The notes under the pieces are model-generated. The model searched no databases, was not told where the DNA came from, and saw only the letters and a list, made by a program, of their open reading frames with translations. Both the position numbers and the translations under genes were made by a program. Shown here one piece after another: positions 52,001 to 64,000 of a DNA stretch of 64,000 nt (position 1 is its first letter; the number at the start of each line of letters is the position of its first letter). The DNA is from Azolla caroliniana (lineage: Eukaryota > Plantae > Polypodiophyta), in assembly GCA_043228905.1 (NCBI GenBank), contig JBHGNT010000018.1:1240001-1304000 (forward strand), written 5' to 3'.

Positions 52001-55000
52001 AAGAGCCATCCCTTAGTTCGTGGCTCTTGAAAGTATGCCTGGTGGCATTGTCTCTCTAAGAGTGAGAGGGATGCATACCCTCTCGTTAGCCTATCTTTGG
52101 TTGCCTGGGTCATCAAGAGTTTACCCAAGTGAGCACTAAAAGTGACTCCCAAGTATACATATGATCCCACTACCTTAACTAGTTTATGAGAGAGGGTTAG
52201 GTGACATTTACTCCTAACTCGGGACGATGTATGAAAGATAAGGACTTTAGTTTTCGTTAGATTCACTACCAGTCCTCGTTGTGTACAAAAGTCATCTAGG
52301 GCATTAAGATGCTTTTGTAGGTCGTGTTCCGACTCTGAGAGCAAGACAATGTCGTCTGCGTAGAGTAAGAGACTAACTTGAGTATCCCCAATAACTACTC
52401 CCGTGCCTCCCTTTCGAGCAATAAAATTAGTGATCTCATCAATGTAGATCCCAAAAAGAGTTGGTGATAAGGGGCATCCTTGTTTTACACCAATGATGCT
52501 AGTGAAACAATCAAATAGGCCACCTGGGCATTGTACGCACCCAAAGACTTGCTCATATAAGGCATAAATGGCCCAGATAATGTCATTTGGTATCTCCAAG
52601 CTCTTAAGTCTATCAAACAACCTCTCCCTAGGAACCATGTCAAAGGCTTTGCATAAGTTCACAAAGCAACAATATAGTTTCTTCTTACGAGCCTTTGTCT
52701 GGTCAATTAAGCACCTAAGTGTGAAGATATGGTCAATAGTGGAGAAGGCTCGTCTAAAGCCAGCCTGCTCAGGTGCGCGAAGACTTAAAGTTTCCATATA
52801 ACCGCTGAGCTCTGCTTCCATTACTACACCATATAGTTTAGCGAGTGTATGAACTATCATAATGGTCCTATATGTATTTGGGTCCATTGGGTCCCCTCCT
52901 TTATGTATAGGGGCCACTGTGTTCATGGCCCATTGTGGTGGAAAACCCTCGGCGAGGGCACGGTTGAAGATTAGAGTGAGAAGGGGGGCTAGGCACTCTC
53001 AAGCATATATGATGTGCTCGGCTCGCAATCCTGTGTGGTCCATGGATTTCCTATGTTGTAATTTTTTTATGACCTTCGTGACCCTAGAGGTCGTGAAAAG
53101 TGTCCCCATGGTAGGTCGAGGTGTGGAAGGCATTGGAATGGGTGGTTGGTTCGGGACATGGTAGAGTCTCTCAATATATGTGTGCCAAATATTGGGATCC
53201 TCGATGGGTGTTTGTGGTCTCGGTTCTCGTTGTCTCTTCCATGCAAGGGTGCAGTCCCTACTCATGAACATATGGTAGAGTTCCCAATATTGAGATGCTT
53301 CCCAAGCTCATCTTTTACGACGTGTCATCTTGCGCATCTCTTTGCGAGCCTGTACTGAGGAAATAGTACCACTAAGTTGCGACACCTTAAGTTGTCTATA
53401 CAACTCTCTACAATCCTCATCATACCACTTGTTCTGTGGCATAGACCCTATTCTACTATGATTGGAACCTTTCGTGCATGGGAAGCTACTAGTTGCTGTT
53501 GAGTGAAGGATGTGTGTGTTATGTAGTGAGGTTCTCTAAAGGCAAGGAAGAATCAAAAGAGGAGAGATGGGCTTGTACATGTCGAGAATAGATGTCAGCG
53601 ACCTCATGCGTGAAATGTATTATGGTGTGATGGGTTGGTTGACTAGAGTTGGTGGCGTGGGAGATGTCACATTTTAGCTCAAAGTATAGGAAGCTATGGT
53701 CTGCACCAATGGGGCATGGGGCCACTCGGAAGGAGTTAACCATGTGGGTAGCTTCAGGACGTCCTATTAGGTAATCAGCTATGCTTTCCCCTCCTCCATA
53801 TGGGAAACATGTGAGCTCTTCCGAGCTTGGCCACTTGGCTAAGCCATTATACATTATCATCTGGTGTCAGCTTCCAAGTTCAAGTAGATGATGGCCAAAG
53901 CTTGTGGCGTCCGCACCTTGATCTTTTGATGTACGTGTTATGTCTAAGGCTAAAGGGTCGGCATTCACCATTTCTAAGTTTCTATCCATCTGAAATATTG
54001 TGCATTGTCGGGATTGGGTTCTCGCATTAAAATCCCCTACAAGGAAGACTTCCCCTTGAGAAGAATATCAGATTATGTCATCCGATAAAGGTTTGTATGG
54101 AGAAGGCCCATGTGGTGTTCCTTCATCAACTATACTCGCCTCTCCAGCCGTATTATATCGGGATCCTTTCGGGGGGAAGTAACAAATGATGATAAATATC
54201 ACCTGATCCTTGCTAGTGAGGATTTTCACCCACATAAAATGGGCTTCTGGGTCTTTCTTTAGTATTTCTATCCTATTATGTATCTCTCTCCGAAATAATA
54301 TCACAACCCCTCCAGAACCTCTAGTAGTGTGTCGACGTGATGCTTGTCTAAAGACAGATTCCCAACGAAAACCGTCAACTCGTGGCAGTCCTCGATTTGG
54401 ACTCTGATGTGTTTCTACTAAAAAAAGTATATCAGATACCTTCAAAATGTCCTCTAGACGGCCAAGGTGTGTCCAAAGTGCACCATTACAATTCCATAAG
54501 GTCATCCTAAGTTTATTGTCTATCACATGGGCCACACGCCGTCAATTGGCGGCACTATCATTAATTATCACACGCCCGTCTCGGTAAAAAGCATGGTGCC
54601 CCTCTTTACGAGCTTGTATGACTCGTGGCATACAAGTTTTACGATGTTCAATTTGCATCTTGGTCAAGTCTTCATCGAGGTAGATAGGGTCCTCGCCCAA
54701 TCCTCAAAGAATTGGTCTCTTTTTAAAAAAGGTGATCCTAGATTCTGAGTCCTTAAACTTAAGGACTAAAGCTCTTTTCCTAGTGGTGTCACATCCTACT
54801 CTCCAAGTTTTAGTGATTGGTAGGGCTTCGTACCCCAACATCTTCCCTAATGTTTGTGCATCTTTGTCAGGAGATGCCCCTTCCTTGAGCCCAGTAACTC
54901 TTACGTTTAAGCGTCGAGCTTGACACATTTTTTCCTCCTCAAGGGTGGTGTTTACAATATTTTCATCCTTTAGTTCCGTTGTAATATTACGTTTTACTAC

Positions 55001-55690
55001 ATTAATTCCATATCGCTTTTAACCTCTTCCTTAACCTTTTTTATCTCGTCCTTAATATCCTCTAGGGAAGATATTTCACCATCTTCCCTAGATGTCTCAA
55101 GGTCCTTAACTTGTTTTTGAAGGTTCATGTTGTCTTCCTTAAGTTTCGCTATTTCAGCAATAAGTAGTTCTTTTTCTTCCTTATCTTTTTGTTTTTCAGC
55201 TTCAATCTCTTTTGCCCATTTTTCCATTTAAACTAACCGGTTAAGGACATCTAAAAATTCTTCCTTACTTATAATTTCGTCGTGTGTTTCCTTATGGTTT
55301 CATCGAGAAGTCATGTTGTAATTCAAAAGATAAAAGAAAGAAAAAGGACAGAAAAACTTAGCCGAGTATCGATGTCTTGCGCGCTAGGTACAAGTGTAGA
55401 AGCACATTTGTACTCTCTCGTCTATGTAACCGACAACGTTGTAAGAGGTGTAGGTGACAACGACGGTCGACAACGGCAACTGTGCCACAAACCAAAACCG
55501 AAAGGACGACAGACGGCGGTTACAACGACATTCGACGGTGGCGGCGACAAATGACGGTTGCAACGACAGACGGCGGCGACAACGACAGACGATGACGACG
55601 ACATGCAGACAACGACGATGTTAGCAACGACGACTACGATGACGGCTGTAGACAGTGACGGCGACAGAAAGAGCCGTTGAGAGAGGAAGT

Positions 55691-55754
<64 letters not shown>

Positions 55755-55980
55755 AGTATGTCACTTGATGCCACTCAAAAAAGGACTCTATCAGAAGCCA
55801 TTTACAAATAGGGGTAGAAAAGAGTGGCCATTTTTGTAAATATATACAAAAGAGTGGGCATTTTCATATGTAGAGAGCACAATGGAAGAAGAAGAAGAAG
55901 AAGAAGAAGACGAAGGAGATAAACTGCGCGGACTCTGTGTTCCGAGACAGACAGACAGACAGACAGCGAGCTGGCTGGCT

Positions 55981-58900
55981 ATGGTGTTCGTGCAATGCCC
56001 TACTCGCACTCTACCTCGTTTCCTTCTCTTTGCAAAACCTTTCTCTTCTTTAACCCTCGCGCCTTGCCAAACTGCGGTAAACCTTAAACCTCTCATATCA
56101 GCAGCAGCAGCAACAGAAGTTGCAGAAGGCGAAGAAGTGGCTCCTCTTCATTTTCCTTCTTCTTCTGATGATACTAATCATGAAACTGTCAATGGAGACA
56201 TGAAGCCTCGGAAGAAGGTTTTTGTTTTCCCTAAAAAAGGACAGAGACTGGAGATGCTTTGCGAAAGCCTTGCTTTCAAAGGGAAAGGTGTTTGCAAGAC
56301 AGTGGACACTGGCTTTGTTGTGCTCTGTGACAGAGCTCTACCAGGGGAGAGATTGATTGCCTTAATAACCAAGAAGAAAGGAAGCTTTGCAGAGGTACAC
56401 ATTTTAAATATTTATTTTCTATTTAATTAATTCCATTTAGCTTTGCTTCTTATATAGTTACTGTTTTGGTTTAGAGAGTAAATTTTGTTATTTGGGTTAT
56501 TATTTTTATTGAAGGAACTCTTATCTAGCTCTTGTATTTTTTCTTTTTTCACGAGCTCTTATTTCAAGTAGAATTGGATTAAGAGTTTAAGTGTTTTTTA
56601 GGGTTTATGGGTTATTAGGCTGAGAAAGATAGATAGATAGATTCTATTATCATCTTCAGAGGTCAAATATAACCTATGAGACCAAATTATTACATTTCAC
56701 ATAATACATCTAAAAGTGAGTAGCGACACTCGATGTTCAATAACTTTACCAATGAATGTTGCAATCGAGAGTGCGCATTGTGGCTGTGAGAGGAATTAGT
56801 GCAAAGATTGGGTGTGGTCAAAGATGTGTGGAAAGCGTGGTCGAATATGATCAAAGGTAGAGCATTGTATCAAAATGTGATACTTAGACTCACATAATAC
56901 ATTTGAAAGTGAGTAGCAACTCTTGATGTTCAAGAACTTTACCAATAAATGTTGCAATCAAGAGTGCACATTGTGGTTATGAGGAATTCGTGCAAAGATT
57001 GGGTTTGGTCAAAGATGTGTGGAAAGCGTGGTCAAATATGATCAAAGGTAGAGTATTGTATCAAAATGTGGTACTCAGACTCTCGAACTTGTTTAGGGCA
57101 AAGTGTGCATAGTCAACCACTGTCATCACTTGTGCCCCGACGCCCCGTCTCACATTGCAATGCATGTGAGCTAAGTCGCATGGAAGCAATGGTCTAAATG
57201 GCAAACAATGGGATGGGCTTTAGCATGTATCGAGTGTATGGTTTTCTTGTTTCACGAAGAATATGGTTTTGTAGTTAGGTGCAACATGTGTCGTGTAATG
57301 TGTGAAGCGTGAGCCTCCACATTTGTACCATGTTATGATATATTGGCATTGTGAAAATGGCTCATTTACAGAGGAATGTAGTGATGCATCATGAAGCAAG
57401 TGTGTTGCATCCCATCTACCAAACCATTTTTCCATATCTTGCATCTAACCAAAACACAAAGTTATTCTTTTGTGTCTTTTGGATCTTTTTGCTTGATTCC
57501 TATGCAAATCTAGAAAGCTGTTATGAGGGGCCTTTTTGAACCTTAAGTATGCATTCAACAACCCTTTCCATGGCCATGATCTCAATGCGTAGTGATCACC
57601 TCTTAAGGAGGAGGAGGGTGTATGCCATTTGTTTCTTAACTTGTACAAACTTTATAAGACAATGTTTTTGGAGATAGTAACACCCCAAGCCTTCACTCCA
57701 TAAAGCAACATTTGAACCACCATAACATTGAATAACATCAATCTCACTTCTTGTCCTCAAGTATCACTTTGGTTTTATTGATTCTTGAACATATAATAAC
57801 TTTCCAACCCGTTTGAAGTCGAGACTCATAGCATACATTCCACCTATTTGTCGATGGGACATTAATACCAAGATATTTGAAGCTTTGCACTTGTATTAGT
57901 TCTCCCTTGCATATTGTGAAGTCGATTTTTGCTCGTAGGAAAAGACTATGACAAATACATTGGATGCGAAGGTATAAAAGAATAGAGCACAATATGAAAG
58001 GTTCAAGAGTTAAAAGATGAATGAAATTGAAGAGATATAAAGTTAAAGGCGTTTTTCAAAAGTAGAAAAAGTAGAAAAGAAGAAAAACGCAGGGAAAAAG
58101 CAAGGTAAAGAAAAAAGCTCATAACTTCATCTCTTATCCAAATTTCAAAAGAAAAGATTCGTAAGAAAGCTGACAAAGGGAGCTTTCTTATATGACAAAT
58201 TTGGATGCAAACTAGAAATAATGATATGAAAAACGCACCGCACAAACTCGAGGATATGTTAAAGAAAAGAAAATTTAAAGAAAAAGCAAGAATAACACAA
58301 CTAAAAACCTATAAGTATGAGGGTATTCTTAGCGATTGGGAGAGACAAATGGGGAATAGAATAGTTACAAAGGAGAAAGAAGAATAGAAGATCTACAAGA
58401 AGTAAGGAAGAATAAGAAGATTAGAATAAGTGAGAAGATGATTAGTAGAAGAAAGAGAGAAGAAGGAAAGACTATTTTACGAATAGTATATTGAAGTAAT
58501 TATTTGGGGTTGTTACTTTTGGAGTCTAAGAGGATTGTATTCTTTCTTAATACTATATTGAAGTATTCTTTTCTCTGCCTCTTCTCTTCTCTATCTTTTT
58601 TCTCTCTCTCATCATCACATATAAATGCGGGGTAGTATCTTAGCTATATTGCCTTTATTGCCATCATTTTTGTTTTTGTCTATGTCAACAATTAGCCTGT
58701 TGATTTGACATAATATTTCCAAGACATAATATTTCCAAGATATTAAGGAAGTGTTGCATATCATCCAAGTTATATGAGAATAAAACAACATGGTCAACAT
58801 ATAGGAGTACAAAAATTAGCTCATGCATTGAGTTTTGGACCATCCAATCCTTCTTCTTTTGCCGCCTCGTTTACTATTTCTTCTATCAATGCATAGACCA

Positions 58901-60930
58901 AAGAATGTGGGAGGGAGAGGGCGCCTTGCTTGACCACCATGTTGCTCAAAAAATACTTTGTGAAACCTCTATACATTTTCATTTGGCACCTAACTCAATC
59001 ATGCTACAACTGCTCTATATGCTAATGGCATTCCAATCTCTATAATTCTTTTCCAAAGTTCACTCCTTGCTATAGTGTCAAAGGCTTTCTTAAAGTCCAT
59101 AGAACAACAATATAGTGTTTCCCCTTGAAGTCAACTTTCCTCCACAATAATTGAATGTTTTGGTCTAAGGCTTACTTGACCAAATGCTCGTTTGTGATGA
59201 TGTTCAGCCCATGAGCTAATCTTTTGCTCCATGATAGGGCTATATAACTTGGCCATAACTAAACTAACCACGATAGTTCGATTGTTGGATACCAACTTTT
59301 TATAGCCCCTTTATAAATTGGTTTAATCCAATTCATGAGCCAATCTTCTGGGAAACCTTGCTTCATAGCTTGGTTCATCATAGTTGCTATTCATTGACGA
59401 GTTTGTGATCTTGTTCATTTCAAGAGCTCATTTGTCATTACACTTGCATATGCCGCTTTGCCATTAGACATCGTTTTTGCCCCTCTATTAACATCTTTAA
59501 TAGATACACATGCCTTATATGGTGTTTCAATACTCAATGTCATAGGCATTATCATGTCATGCATATAAAGCTTACGTACATATTGTTCCATCTTTTCATT
59601 GGTGAATTCATTAATTCTATCTTCCTTTTTCCCCTTAAGTTGTCTCCATGCTAACTTTGGTTAGATTTTAAACATTGGCATATTTTTTTCTTTTGCATTT
59701 GATAGTATTGCCTTTTCATCCTCCTCACCATTCTTCAATACACTGTTAGGGCTTTCTCATCTTTATCTTTTGCAAGCTTGAACATTTTGAGATGAGCCTC
59801 ACATTCTTCATCAGACCAAGCATTGCATAGGAAACTAAGCACCCAATGTCCACTTGCACACACGCTAAAATGTTGATACCGTACCTTGAGAATGGCATCC
59901 TTCAATCTCTCCCAATTTGTTTTCGCATCTTTACTAAGGGAGAGGTTCATGACATATCCCTCTACCTCATTTGCATATATATTAGATTTTCCATAGTGAG
60001 GTTGCATAAAATTGCATAGTGACCATAGTGCACCGCTTTTCCGTTTGTACTGTAATGCATTAGTAAATGTGTGAATTTTTGTTTGCAATGTGCAAGTATG
60101 AAGGCTTGTGGTCCGAGGTAGGTGACAATCAGCCAATACTGAATGTATTCACTATGAATGCATCACATTCTTTCACCAATACATAATTAACTACACTTCC
60201 TCCTCTAGAGGCTAGAAGACATGTCAGAACATTTCTCAATCACCAACAATGTGTGCTCCACATACCATAACATCACACATAGCAAAGTGATCTTCAAAGA
60301 ATTTTGCGATGTTCTTAGCAAGGGTGAGTGCATTCTTTGATGTTTCTTCTTACATCCCTCTAATAGTAACATTTTTCTTTTGTTTTTCTCTTTCATATAG
60401 CTCTTTGGCATCTAACACATTCTTAGAAGTAGATTTGGTTGCACAAACTTCATCGAAATTTTCTTTTGTTGTCTTCTTAATGAGGAAATATTTCCATTTT
60501 GTCATGATTGCATCTTCATTTGCCTCGAGGCTAGATTTATTCTCAACATTTGCTTTGATTAGTTAAGAAACAATGCTTGCTTCTTGATTCTTGAAGAAAG
60601 AAAGATATATTAATGTCTTTTAAGAGGCCAAAATGGCCTATAAGACCAAACAATAGATTACATCTTAAGTGTTGTCTTGTCTTTGAGAAGAACAAATCAA
60701 AATAAAGTAAATATCACTCAGTAAATATACAAGTAAATAAGATAAAAAGAGACAAGGGAATCTGGTTTTCAGCACATGTGAGATTCTCAAGTTAGATATA
60801 TTGTAACTTTTGTCTTCGGAGAGAGAGAAAGAAAGATATATTAATGTATTCTAAGACAAAATTGGTCCATGAGACAATTGTTTCACAACAAAAATGGGGT
60901 ATTTAGCCATTCATCAAAAGTAAAACTAAA

Positions 60931-60977
<47 letters not shown>

Positions 60978-62874
60978 GGTATCAAAATCTTGACAGGCAA
61001 TCAAAATAGAAACACTTTCACCTCACCACAATGCTGTTGTTGCTCCATGTGAACATGCAGCAGATTGTGGAGGTTGTAAAATGCAGAATTTGGCGTATGA
61101 CGCACAACTTGAAGCCAAAGAACAACAAGTCTTTGATTTAATTTCAAGGCTTGGAAGATTTGGGAGTGACTCTGGGAGCTTTATGAAGGGGATTATAGGA
61201 TGCAAATCTCCATTTCATTATCGTAACAAGGTATGAACCTTCATGGGGCTGAATTTTAAGATTCACAGCATGTTTGTAAAATGAATCATAAAGTTTAAAT
61301 TCTTGGCAATTATTTAAATAATTTAGTTTGCATAAACTATAATGTCTTCCCGTTGTTTGGTTTTGAACTATCCATACTTGCTGATTCAATATTATATAAA
61401 TCTCGCTTGACCATTGTAATGGATTGTTTGCTCTTTGAGCAGCCCCTTGGGTTTAATTTCACTGTAGAACATTGCTCTTGATGTAAATTTCAGCCCCTAC
61501 ATTGTCATTTACTTTAGCCATGTTGGATTCTTATCACTTGTTCAACTCATCTAAACTGATACTGCTACCTACATGTTTCTCTGTAGTAGTTCAAAAGTAA
61601 CATATATTAGGTTGTCTAATCTTTGTATACCCAACAAACACACTTTAGGATCCAATTTTCATGAGATACATGGATATATGGAAGGCATCTCAGCCACTTT
61701 GAGATGTATCACATCTGATTAGTATCCAAACAGTCTCTAGTAGGGGCACTCCTTACAAATTCTAATCTCTCCTCGGGACTAATTTTAGCATTCAAAGTTT
61801 TCTTCACAATATTCACACTACTTGTGTCCATTACCTGTTAAATTCTTTCGTTCATCATTGCTCTTGAGGCTTTAAAAGTCCATCTGTTTCTTGCTGATGC
61901 TCCACTTTGGAGTGTAAGGTCTTGTAAAATTTGTCCTAATTCTGTATCAGCAACTGAGATGGTCCATGTATCCAAAAACATGTGCTAAATAGCCAGTAGC
62001 AACAGGAGCATAGTCATAGGTTAGGTGGTGAGAAAATATGAATGATCAAACTTGACACACTTGCTTTCTAGATTTTTAAACATTGAGCCATTACAATAAA
62101 GTTTTATCTCATCTTATCTTCTATTCACTACACACATATTACAGATGGAGTTCTCTTATGGCACAAAGAAATGGACACCAAGAGATGAATTTGACAGTGC
62201 AGTACAATCTAACGAGAACGGATTTGCTTTAGGGCTACACGCACCAGGACGCTTTGATAAAGTTCTCTCCATCAATAAGTGCTTGTTGCAACAAGACTCT
62301 GCTAATAAGGTTCTTTAACAGCTGTACCTAATGCTACACAGAGTGAAAATAACTCTATGCATATATTTTTCTACAGAAGGGATTTTTTTTCCAGCTGGGT
62401 GTGTTTTGTTATCTCTAAGAAGATTGGCAGTTCATTCCAAAGTTGGTATTAAAATTTGCAAGAAGAAAGTTGCAAGTTATGAAGATATACTTCTTGCAGG
62501 TTCTTGAGATAGTTCAACATTATTGCAGTACTCGTACACAGGAGCTCCCACCATATGACACACATACACATCAGGGTTTTCTGAAACATCTCGTTATACG
62601 ATCTGGCAGGTATACTCTTTGTTGCCTACTCCTTGCTGTTTTTTGGGTTTTTATGTCCCACTTATACCAGGAAAGAAAACAACATAAAGACCTCAAAAAT
62701 AATGTGGAAAGTTACTTTCAACAGATTATTTTCAGTAACAGCTTAATGATTGATTGGTATAGAGAACCTGAAACAGGTGATATCCAGCTCATGGTGAATT
62801 TTGTGACTTCAGCATATGAACCTATGCTCCTACAGCCTTTAGTAAATGAGCTGGTAGCTGGAGTGCATGATGTG
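55981..62874 (+). CDS. TRAM-domain RNA (uracil-5-)-methyltransferase (TrmA/RlmD family) with an organellar transit-like N-terminus, 3'-partial. Exons 55981-56394, 60997-61230, 62145-62309, 62500-62609, 62763-62874.
   Basis: The TRAM domain (LEMLCESLAFKGKGVC..ALPGE) is followed by an Fe-S motif (PCEHAADCGGC), YRNK|MEFS, LGLHAPGRFDKVL..CLLQ and GFLKHLVIR. Introns are GT-AG. The SAM-binding C-terminus is not in the window. Confidence 0.9.
56697..57082. repeat. Tandem duplication, 2 copies of about 193 bp, in intron 1
   Basis: tcacataatacat..aaagtgagtagc occurs at 56697 and 56890. Confidence 0.9.
57090..60300 (-). mobile_element. Degenerate RTEX/RTE-like LINE ORF2 inside intron 1 of the methyltransferase gene
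   Basis: Motifs VQSFKYLGINVP and WSDEECE are visible, with a remnant CSMDFKKAFDT. It is homologous to 11803-12625. Confidence 0.75.
57915..58617. mobile_element. Solo LTR inserted in the intronic LINE
   Basis: TG...CA ends are flanked by TSD CATAT (57910-57914 and 58618-58622). The LINE sequence rejoins across it. Confidence 0.8.
60594..60932 (-). mobile_element. Two stacked short 3'-end fragments of the RTEX-like LINE family, within a (GA)n tract
   Basis: aagaaagatatattaatgt...ccatgagacaa...cattcatcaaaagtaaaa at about 60828-60932 matches 38323-38430. The same start recurs at about 60598. Confidence 0.7.
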
Positions 62875-62941
62875 GTAAGTTCAAAGTAGTGGTGTGTCCA
62901 TGTCTTTCTTCACCATTTTCAAATATGTATTTTTTATATAC

Positions 62942-63220
62942 CCAGAGAAGCATCCTTATCTGTCTTCTAGTTTCTGGATGATGTGATTTTCATAGGTTTT
63001 CCTAAAATGAGTCTTCTAAAAGTGTAAGAATTTATATTTCCAGAGAAGCATCCATATCTGTATTCTAGTTTCTGGATAATGTGATTTTCACTGGTTTCCT
63101 AAAACGAGTCTTCTAAAAGTATAAGAATTTATATTTCCAGAGAAGCATCCATATCTGTATACTAGTTTCTGGATGATGTGATTTTCACAGGTTTTCCTAA
63201 AGTGAGTCTTCTAAAAGTGT
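62942..63220. repeat. Tandem repeat, about 3 copies of 98 bp (intronic)
   Basis: ccagagaagcatcc starts at 62942, 63040 and 63138. Confidence 0.9.
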
Positions 63221-64000
63221 GTGGAAGGAAATCTGGTGGGGTATATCATCATGATATGGGGGTCTGGCAGTGGCCAATGGAATTTAATAGAGCTACAGTC
63301 AACACGAATCACTCAAGAGTTTCTTACATTTTTTTTTTGCTTCAGGTTATGTTGAATAGGATGGAGATCCTTATCAAATAATGATATTAATTGGTCCTCC
63401 AATCAGGACATTCTGAGATTTCTGATTGTCTTTCTTGGACTGGGTTGTTTTTCTCCACTTTTCCATGCCATCTGCCTATTTTCTTTTACAGCTGAGAGAC
63501 CATCAAATTTATAGATGTGGTAGAAACTTGGATTGGTGGCACTACCTACTATATGAATGGGTGGCTATCTGGCATTCAAAGTTATGTATCATGCATGATA
63601 CTGTAGTTTTTCAACTGTGTGACTTAATCTGGGAATATTGATATTTTAGAATATTTATGTGTTTGTCTCGTAGACATCCAAGGGTTCTGTAGATAAATCT
63701 AGGCTGGAGAGACATCTGCATTCCAACCAATATGTCTAGCCATTTGCACTCACATTGCTATATAGCTCTCTCATAATACGTGTTTTTCACTATTATACAA
63801 TCAGCGACACATTTCTTTGCATGTTTTTGAATAATTTTCACACAAACCTGCACTCTTAGTATAGATAGTTGAGCATTACAATAAGACGGGGTGAATGTTA
63901 AGTAAAACGTTTGAATAGCTGTTTGTTTTATATTGTTGAGAACATCCAACTATAGCAAATCAAATCTCAGAATCTATGCACATGGCTTCATATAATTTGC

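Larger units (their letters stand above)
38323..55692 (-). mobile_element. Near full-length RTEX-like LINE (about 4.85 kb once nested inserts are removed). CpG-rich 5'UTR about 55692-55320, ORF1 about 55314-54540, ORF2 54535-51414 plus 40154-39744, 3' end about 38457-38323.
   Basis: ORF1 has a coiled coil plus an RRM-like region (RRLNVRVTGLKE..WRVG..LVLKF). ORF2 has an APE domain (LWNCNG, LVETH), RT (QAGFR, GVKQGCPLSPTLF, YADD) and a C-terminal HQLEIENGR..CRLC..EDEYHFTCKCP. Both ends abut (GA)n tracts. Assignment of the 3' tail across the 38.5-39.7 kb insert is inferred. Confidence 0.8.

Noticed and set aside
55882-55980. Poly-Glu N-terminal extension of the methyltransferase from ATG 55882
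   Set aside because: It consists of a GAA microsatellite plus GACA repeats typical of 5'UTRs, and it would mask the transit-like peptide starting at 55981.

Overview
Eukaryotic, intron-containing plant nuclear DNA. It is probably from a seed-free land plant such as a fern or lycophyte; this is inferred only from the Tcn1-like chromoviruses and RTEX-like LINEs. There are four host genes: a YY1-like five-C2H2-finger factor (5'-partial, +), an organellar ribosome recycling factor (-), a D6PK-like AGCVIII kinase (-) and a TRAM-domain TrmA/RlmD-like RNA m5U methyltransferase (3'-partial, +). Two deeply nested transposon clusters separate them (about 8.7-26.4 kb and 38.3-55.7 kb). In the second cluster a LINE contains a copia element (TSD CATTT), which contains a very young second copia (TSD GACCC). 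The most unusual signals are five. (1) tRNA-derived Pol III A/B-box modules sit antisense and upstream of the TATA box in three different LTR or LTR-like sequences. (2) A copia family has a duplicated polypurine tract and a roughly 200-aa in-frame Pol extension after RNase H, kept in diverged copies. (3) An RTEX-like LINE family appears to sit specifically in (GA)n/(TC)n microsatellites. (4) A Tcn1-like gypsy element retains an intact -1 ribosomal frameshift signal. (5) The same element has a candidate self-priming duplex. All calls were made by eye, without database searches.
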